Origin: Geobacter sp.
GTDB lineage: Bacteria; Myxococcota_A; UBA9160; JADFDR01
Assembly (NCBI GenBank): GCA_018262735.1
Contig: JADFDR010000001.1
Coordinates: 1 to 42,935 of the forward strand
Direction: 5' to 3'
DNA length: 42,935 bases
Below the pieces are notes generated by a model. The model was not told the DNA's origin, ran no database searches, and saw only the letters and a list, made by a program, of their open reading frames with translations. The position numbers and the translations under genes were made by a program. Positions 36,913 to 42,935 of this stretch are shown here, in pieces; position 1 is the stretch's first letter; the number at the start of each line of letters is the position of its first letter.

Positions 36913-38202
36913 TCAATCCACTGGCTGTGAAATCCCTCCGGCACGATTCAAATTCCAATCAAACCCAAGCATGCGACGTCGAAGTCCGTCGAGTGCGATC
37001 TGCGTCGTGAGCAAGCGGTGACGATTGCGTTCCAGCTCCGCGCAAAACGAACGCACTTGCGTCGCCTCTCCTCGACGCGCGATTGCAACATAAGCGAAAC
37101 CCACGGGCTTTTCGGCGCTTCCCCCCGTCGGCCCAGCGATGCCGGTCGTCGCCACACTCAACTCTGCACCCAGTCTCGTGCACGCGCCCTCCGCCATCGC
37201 CCGCGCCACGGCTTCCGAAACCGCACCATGCGTCGCAAGCAGCGCCGGGTCGACGCCAAGAAGTTTCGCTTTGAGCTCGTTCGAATATGCGACAACGCCT
37301 CCGAGAAAAACTTCCGAGGCACCGGCAACCGCGGTCAAGCGTTGCGCAATCCATCCGCCTGTACACGATTCTGCGACAGCAAGCGTTTGATGAGATTCGC
37401 GCAAAAGATTTACAACAATTTTTTCGAGATCTTCCTGCTCTTCACCGTACAGCACCGCGCCAAGACGTTCGCGCAAAACGGCCTGCGCCTGAGCGAGATG
37501 CGCTTGCACCTTCGCCGGCTCATTCCCCTTGGCTGTGAGTCGCAAAAAAAGATCTGGAAATGCAATGCGGAAGCCGAGCGTGACTCCTGATCCGTGAAAA
37601 CAATCTTTGAGCGCCTCTTCGAGCGAAGATTCACCAATGCCAAATGTGCGCAACAAGATCGTGCTCGACACTTCTTTGCGTAAATCGCTTCTCTTTTCGA
37701 TCTGCGGCACAACGCTCTCGTTCATCATCTTCACAAGTTCTGCAGGAATACCCGGCATACAAAAAAACCAACTCTTGCTCTCCTGCAAAGCAAATCCAGG
37801 AGCCGTGCCAAGTGGATTTCTCAAAACTTCGGAGCCTTCCGGGAAGTAAGCCTGTTTGGCGTTGCTCTCTGCCATGGTGCGTCCGCGCCGAACAAAGTAC
37901 TGCTCGATCTCACGCAGCGACGCCGTGTCGAGAACGAGTTTGCGACCAAAGGCTTTCGCAATCGACTCAGTCGTTCGATCATCGCGAGTCGGGCCAAGAC
38001 CACCCGAAACCAAAATCAAATCACTGCGTGCCGCCGCACACCGAAATGCGTCAACGAGTTCTCCCAAATCATCGCGTATGGAGGTTTGGCGATACGCCTC
38101 GACCCCGAGCTCGCAAAGCCGTGCCGCCAAGAAACTCTTGTTCGAGTCGAGAATTTCTCCTCGAAGCAACTCATCGCCGATGGTCAAAATCTCCGCCTTC
38201 AT
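36913..38202 (-). CDS. cinA: Competence/damage-inducible protein CinA (molybdopterin-binding-like + PncC NMN deamidase domains)
   Basis: IGDELL.G.I.DSN, GGLGPT.DD.T, GTAPG, AESCTGG, YSNELK, GAVSE, TTGIAGP; ATGA overlap with pgpA. Confidence 0.95.
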   Translation of the reverse strand: MKAEILTIGDELLRGEILDSNKSFLAARLCELGVEAYRQTSIRDDLGELVDAFRCAAARSDLILVSGGLGPTRDDRTTESIAKAFGRKLVLDTASLREIEQYFVRRGRTMAESNAKQAYFPEGSEVLRNPLGTAPGFALQESKSWFFCMPGIPAELVKMMNESVVPQIEKRSDLRKEVSSTILLRTFGIGESSLEEALKDCFHGSGVTLGFRIAFPDLFLRLTAKGNEPAKVQAHLAQAQAVLRERLGAVLYGEEQEDLEKIVVNLLRESHQTLAVAESCTGGWIAQRLTAVAGASEVFLGGVVAYSNELKAKLLGVDPALLATHGAVSEAVARAMAEGACTRLGAELSVATTGIAGPTGGSAEKPVGFAYVAIARRGEATQVRSFCAELERNRHRLLTTQIALDGLRRRMLGFDWNLNRAGGISQPVD

Positions 38203-38822
38203 CCCCCGAGTCCTCCGCCCAGTACCCAAAGCAGCAATCCCATCACGCCTGCACCCAAAATCCCGGCCACCACGTCATCAAGCATCACACCAAGTCCACC
38301 GGAAAACGCGCGCTCCGCAGCTCGAACCGGCCCCGGCTTCACGATGTCGAAAAAACGAAATACGACGAAACCGACGAAGAGCAAAAGCCAGAACTGCCAG
38401 CTTCCCCAACCTTCGTGCATCCCTTCGCGCATCCAACCTTCGCGTGCCCATTCTCTCCACGTTTCCCGCACCGGCCCGCTACCCAATCGCGTGCTGCACA
38501 AAACAGGCAAAAGCGTCAGCAATTGCCCAACGACTTCGTCGATCACGATTCGCCCGTCGTCTTCACGGCGAAAAATGGCTTCGACACGGTCGGCGGACCA
38601 AACACCGATCGCGAAGAACGCCAGGACAGTGAGTGCATACAAAGCGAGAGAAAGTTGCGACAAACCGAGAAAAACAATGACGCCTGCGGCCGATCCGAAG
38701 GTGCCGGGCGCTACCGGCGCAAAACCGGTCCCAAAAAAGGTCGCTGTCAGCAAAGCGACCTTCTGATCGAACGTCTTGGAATCGTTGATGTTTTTTTGAG
38801 TTTCGATGGTCGTGCCACTCAA
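38199..38822 (-). CDS. pgpA: Phosphatidylglycerophosphatase A
   Basis: G.G.AP.APGTFGS, DDGRIVIDEVVGQ, FRFFDIVKP, GGLGVMLDDVVAG; start uncertain (TTG 38822 or GTG 38843). Confidence 0.9.
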   Translation of the reverse strand: MSGTTIETQKNINDSKTFDQKVALLTATFFGTGFAPVAPGTFGSAAGVIVFLGLSQLSLALYALTVLAFFAIGVWSADRVEAIFRREDDGRIVIDEVVGQLLTLLPVLCSTRLGSGPVRETWREWAREGWMREGMHEGWGSWQFWLLLFVGFVVFRFFDIVKPGPVRAAERAFSGGLGVMLDDVVAGILGAGVMGLLLWVLGGGLGG

Positions 38823-39060
38823 GAACCGGGTTGATTTTCTCACTTTGGTGGGGCCAAAGGCGTGGAGCCACACTACATCCAGCATTTGCGAGGCGTCAAC
38901 ACAAAAAGCGAAAAAAAGGAGAAAGTCCGGCAAAATCCCTGCTCGAAGTTTTCCGCTTCGACCGTCAAGCTGCCCCTCTCTAGAGACGATGAAACGTTTG
39001 CTGCCGAAGTTTGGCCTTCGCGGCACACGTCGCTTCCCAAGGTGAAAGTCGGAAAACTCC

Positions 39061-40794
39061 ATGATGGCCGATCCCTCAGCACTGACCGCGCCCAAAGCAC
39101 GTACCGCGAGCGGTGTCGCAACGCTTTGGGTGGAGCTTGCACGCGCGATCAAGGGCTATCGGTTTTATCCGGCCCACCACCCTCAGTTGCAGGAAATCAT
39201 CAACCGCAGTTTTCGAACTTGGCGCGCAGATCTCAACCGACACGGTGCAGTGGAGGTGATACTACACCAAGGAGTGTTGAGTCTCGTCCACGCAACGCCG
39301 AACATGGCGACACACTCGGATGAACTCGCGCGCGAATTTACCTCCCACGATGTTTCCGCACTGCGAATTACGCCAGCCCTGACGCAAGACGGGTTTCACA
39401 CGCTCCTCGAATTTTTCGCAGATACGGATTCGAGATCGAACGCGCTGCTCAAGCGCCAAAAATGGATTCAGGCTGCAGCCGAACAAGGCATCGACATTGC
39501 CACGGAGCGCACCGCGCGCACAGAACGAGCACTCACGCAAATGGCAGAGAACGATCCACTCGCCTTGCTCGAAGCAAGTCCGAATTTTTCCGAGAACTCA
39601 GAGGAATTGACTGACGATCAACTCGACGACACGGATCCTGCAACTCTTTTGGCAGAACTCCTGGAACCCGAAGCCCTTGAATATTCAACATCAAGAAGTG
39701 TTACACCGACACACGACACCTCAACCGCAGCAACGCAGCCCACTGCGCGCCAATCCTTGCATGAACACCGCAAGGCGGAGCTTGAAGCCCTACTCGCTCA
39801 ACTTCAAAAAACGGAAGACGCTGCCGCCTACGATTGCCTCGCAGCGGAAGCGATCGCCACGGCCAAGTTGCTTTTTGAAGACGGAGACCACGATGCTGCG
39901 TATCAGGCGATTCTGACCCTTTCCGCGCATGCAACACTCGATGCGGGTTTTCACGAAAAGCAACGCCGTAGCGCAAGCGAGGCACTCATCGCATTTGTTT
40001 CGGGACCGCGACTTGCCGATTTGATCGCACGTGCATGCACCGCCGATACTTCCCTACGCATCCGTGCGACACAGATTTTGTTGCAACTTGCAGAGCATGC
40101 TGTACCCGCCTTGTTGCGAAGCATCGAAACGTTGCAAAACCCCGATCATCGCAGTCAGGTTGCAGGCATTCTGATTGCCATCGGCGAACGGGCGACACCC
40201 TATTTGCTGCGCACCATGCAAGGAAACAACTTGCGTGCTGCGCGCGTAGCAGCGCGTATCGCTGGAGAAATTCAAAATCCGGCCGCAGTCTCGACGCTGC
40301 GCAAACTCATGACCAGCACCGATCCTGCACTCTCGAAAGAAGCATCGAAAGCTCTCGTGCTGATCGGCGATGCAACAGCAATCGGCGCTCTGATCCATGC
40401 GCTCTTGCACGAACCGAGCGCAATCGCAACGCAAGCAGCTTACTGGCTCGGCAAAGCGCAGTCTTCGCATGCCGTACAACCACTCGCAGATATCGTACAA
40501 CAAGCGACACTTCGCGGTGACTTCGCTTTGGCGCAGGAAGCCCTGCGTGCCTTGGGCCATATCGGCGCGCCAGAAGCGATTCCGTCACTGCTCTTTGTGT
40601 TGGAACAACGCAGCTTTTTCAAGCGTCAACAAATCACCGACCTCAAATTGATCGCCCTACACGCGCTTGCCAACATTCACGGTGACGAAGCCAAGAAAAA
40701 ACTCGAAAAGTGGGCAACATGCGAAGATCCTGCCCTCAAGCGCGAGGCAAGGCGCGCCTTCCTCAAACGCGCTCCGGGCCGCGCTTTGCCATGA
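39061..40794 (+). CDS. HEAT/PBS-lyase-like repeat protein
   Basis: N-terminal 'FYPAHHP' domain, acidic linker, C-terminal helical repeats (AAYWLGK, ALRALGHIGAPEAIPSL, ALHALANI). Confidence 0.75.
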   Translation: MMADPSALTAPKARTASGVATLWVELARAIKGYRFYPAHHPQLQEIINRSFRTWRADLNRHGAVEVILHQGVLSLVHATPNMATHSDELAREFTSHDVSALRITPALTQDGFHTLLEFFADTDSRSNALLKRQKWIQAAAEQGIDIATERTARTERALTQMAENDPLALLEASPNFSENSEELTDDQLDDTDPATLLAELLEPEALEYSTSRSVTPTHDTSTAATQPTARQSLHEHRKAELEALLAQLQKTEDAAAYDCLAAEAIATAKLLFEDGDHDAAYQAILTLSAHATLDAGFHEKQRRSASEALIAFVSGPRLADLIARACTADTSLRIRATQILLQLAEHAVPALLRSIETLQNPDHRSQVAGILIAIGERATPYLLRTMQGNNLRAARVAARIAGEIQNPAAVSTLRKLMTSTDPALSKEASKALVLIGDATAIGALIHALLHEPSAIATQAAYWLGKAQSSHAVQPLADIVQQATLRGDFALAQEALRALGHIGAPEAIPSLLFVLEQRSFFKRQQITDLKLIALHALANIHGDEAKKKLEKWATCEDPALKREARRAFLKRAPGRALP

Positions 40795-42140
40795 GCGACA
40801 CCAAGCAACAGCTCGCCGTGATTTTGCGCCAACTCGGCAGCGCGGTGCGTGCATGCAAACTTTACGCAACAGGTCATCCCTCGATCCACACGCCGATTTT
40901 GCATCTGGCCACGGCGCTCTCCGTCATGCTCAAAGAACGCGACCATATCGTACTCGGCCTGATCGACGACGTATTGATCCTCGACGAAATGCCTTTCTAC
41001 GAAGCCAACGATGAATTTCCTCGTGTCTACACTGCTTTGCGTCAGTTGGATGTCGAAGCCGTTCTCTTGCAGCCCGGCGTCACGTTCTCGGAACTCGAGC
41101 GCTTTGTGCGCATTCTCGCCTCGCAAGATCAAATTCACCCACCTTCGATCCTCGAAGAAGCACAGAAAAACGCGATGCCCCATATTGCGTTTCGCGAAAA
41201 AACCGCCGCGAGCGGGGATCCTCAAGCCTTGATTTCCGTGACCTACGAGGAATCGATGGGCGAGATGTTCGAACTGCTTTCCCAACTTCGCTCCGGCAAA
41301 ATCGCCTTTGCCGAAAATGCAACGCAACTGCTCACGATCATGCGCGAGATGATCCTCACTGCGCCGGCGGCGCTCTTCGGACTCACGCTGCTCAGAAAAT
41401 ACGATCCTTATACTTATTCTCACTCGATTACGACGGCGCTCTTTGCACTCGCATATGCCCGTCATCTGGGGATTGGCGGCGAAGATCTGCACCGCGTGGC
41501 ACTCGCCGGCTTGCTGCACGACGTCGGAAAAGTGCGCACCGCCGAAAAGATCATCAAAAAGCCAGGCGCACTGACTCTCGAGGAGCTTGAAATCATGCAG
41601 AAGCATCCCGCACTCAGCGAGGAGCTGTTGCGTGAGTTCGGCGACGTCGACGAGGAGACTCGCCGCATCGTGCTCTATCACCATATTCGTTTCGATGGCA
41701 CGGGATACCCAAAATTGTGTCAAGGTGAAGAGCCGCATCCCTTGAGTGCAATCATTTCGATCGCCGATTGTTACGACGCACTCACGACGACGCGTCCCTA
41801 TCAAAAATCACGTCATCCCGGCGAGGCCATTCGCATCATTCGCCGCCTCATCGGCAAAGCCTACGCACCGCAGATCGTCGCCGACTTCGTGGCCATGATT
41901 GGCGCCTATCCTGTTGGTGATCTCGTGCGACTTTCGTCCAACGAACTGGCCGTCGTTGCAAAACTCAACGAACTCGATGCCACGAGTCCGACGGTGCTGA
42001 TCTTCCAGAACTCCGAAGGAAAGCGGCTCGATCCACCTCTTGCCTGTGATCTCGCGGCGCCGCAGGCCGAGAACCGCGAGATCCTCGGCATTGAACCCCA
42101 CGCTGCAGGAATTGAAATTCCCGAAATCCTGCCGGTCTGA
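40791..42140 (+). CDS. HD-GYP domain cyclic-dinucleotide phosphodiesterase
   Basis: YTYSHS, LLHDVGK, HHIRFDGTGYP, IADCYDALTTTRPY; ATGA overlap with the HEAT gene. Confidence 0.9.
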   Translation: MSDTKQQLAVILRQLGSAVRACKLYATGHPSIHTPILHLATALSVMLKERDHIVLGLIDDVLILDEMPFYEANDEFPRVYTALRQLDVEAVLLQPGVTFSELERFVRILASQDQIHPPSILEEAQKNAMPHIAFREKTAASGDPQALISVTYEESMGEMFELLSQLRSGKIAFAENATQLLTIMREMILTAPAALFGLTLLRKYDPYTYSHSITTALFALAYARHLGIGGEDLHRVALAGLLHDVGKVRTAEKIIKKPGALTLEELEIMQKHPALSEELLREFGDVDEETRRIVLYHHIRFDGTGYPKLCQGEEPHPLSAIISIADCYDALTTTRPYQKSRHPGEAIRIIRRLIGKAYAPQIVADFVAMIGAYPVGDLVRLSSNELAVVAKLNELDATSPTVLIFQNSEGKRLDPPLACDLAAPQAENREILGIEPHAAGIEIPEILPV

Positions 42141-42198
42141 TTTCGCGTGCGTGTTTCGTACGAAGAGAATTCCGCGCACTCTTGCTAGGGTTGTTGCT

Positions 42199-42618
42199 AT
42201 GCGAATATTGGCCATCGATTACGGTGCAAAGCGTATGGGACTTGCGATCTCCGATCGCGAAGGAAAATTTGCGTTCTCCGCAGGCGTGCTCGAACGATGC
42301 GGTATCGAGCGCGACGTCGCATCTCTCATGCAACGCATCACCGACGAAAACGTAGAAAAAATCGTTTTCGGATTGCCCTTGCACATGAGCGGCAGAGAAG
42401 GGCCGGAGGCGGCAGCGGTGCGAAGCTTTGCCGAAAAACTCCGTGCGACGTGCGCGCTGCCCATCGATTTTTTCGACGAGCGAATGACGACACTCGAAGC
42501 CAAGCGCGCCTTGCACGAGATCGGGGTTTCCTCGAAAAAACAAAAAGCGCGAATCGATGAAATGGCCGCTTCGATTTTATTACGCACTTACCTCGACAGG
42601 ATGAAGGCATCCGAATGA
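42199..42618 (+). CDS. ruvX: YqgF/RuvX pre-16S rRNA nuclease
   Basis: MRILAIDYGAKRMGLAISD, GLPLHMSG, DERMTT, ID..AA..LL..YL. Confidence 0.95.
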   Translation: MRILAIDYGAKRMGLAISDREGKFAFSAGVLERCGIERDVASLMQRITDENVEKIVFGLPLHMSGREGPEAAAVRSFAEKLRATCALPIDFFDERMTTLEAKRALHEIGVSSKKQKARIDEMAASILLRTYLDRMKASE

Positions 42619-42935
42619 CACGTCTCCTCGGTCGCATTTTCTTACTCCTGAGTCTTCTGCTCGGGATCGGCGGATTCTTCACCTACCAATTTTGGTGTAG
42701 GGCAACGAGCCCTGTTCAGCTCGACTCTCCTGCGCCGACTGTGGAAATCCTTTATGTCGTTTCTCCGGGCACAAACGTACGCCGCATTGCCGAAGACTTG
42801 GAACGGCAAGGCATCGTACGCAGCGCATACGTCTTGCGGATCCTTGCGCGATGGCAAGGCATCACGAAACGGATGCAAGCCGGCGAATACGAACTCTCTC
42901 CAACGATGTCGCCCGAGTCCATCCTACACAAAATT
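42615..42935 (+). CDS. mltG: Endolytic transglycosylase MltG, N-terminal part (runs off the window)
   Basis: Manual translation from ATG 42615 (ATGA overlap): TM helix, then PGTNVRRIAEDLERQGIV...MQAGEYELSPTMSPESIL; usual ruvX-mltG order. Confidence 0.85.
   Translation, partial: MTRLLGRIFLLLSLLLGIGGFFTYQFWCRATSPVQLDSPAPTVEILYVVSPGTNVRRIAEDLERQGIVRSAYVLRILARWQGITKRMQAGEYELSPTMSPESILHKI

Overview
Bacterial chromosomal window, GC-rich. Gene order (rpsF-rpsR-rplI-dnaB; ispE-tRNA-Gln-prs-rplY-pth; pgpA-cinA-recA-pilT-alaS; ruvX-mltG) suggests a Myxococcota/deltaproteobacterial host (inference). Bases 1-~7450 are an accessory, defence-island-like segment: a tightly coupled minus-strand operon (SDH/Clp-fold protease-like gene apparently missing its catalytic core -> 68-aa acidic protein -> RhuM-like gene cut by the window edge), a complete single-polypeptide Type ISP restriction-modification enzyme, and an AT-rich membrane-anchored orphan. 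The rest is housekeeping: thiD, a peptidoglycan-recycling trio (ldcA, beta-lactamase-fold hydrolase, mpl), ribosomal/replication genes, pdxS/pdxT, nhaA, MEP-pathway ispE/ispG, an HtrA protease, bamD, alaS, recA and a HEAT + HD-GYP pair. Structure not explained by the genes: (i) a ~105-bp repeat family with 14-bp terminal inverted repeats and a conserved CCGACG core, in four intergenic copies, two of them forming an inverted doublet; (ii) a long structured pdxS leader behind a promoter overlapped by a palindrome; (iii) a degenerate duplication of the pdxS 3' end; (iv) a large RGGD-repeat extension on S18, next to an acidic tail on S6; (v) in-frame insertions in several conserved enzymes. No CRISPR array, integrase or transposase was seen. 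All family calls come from motif recognition by eye; no database search was run.
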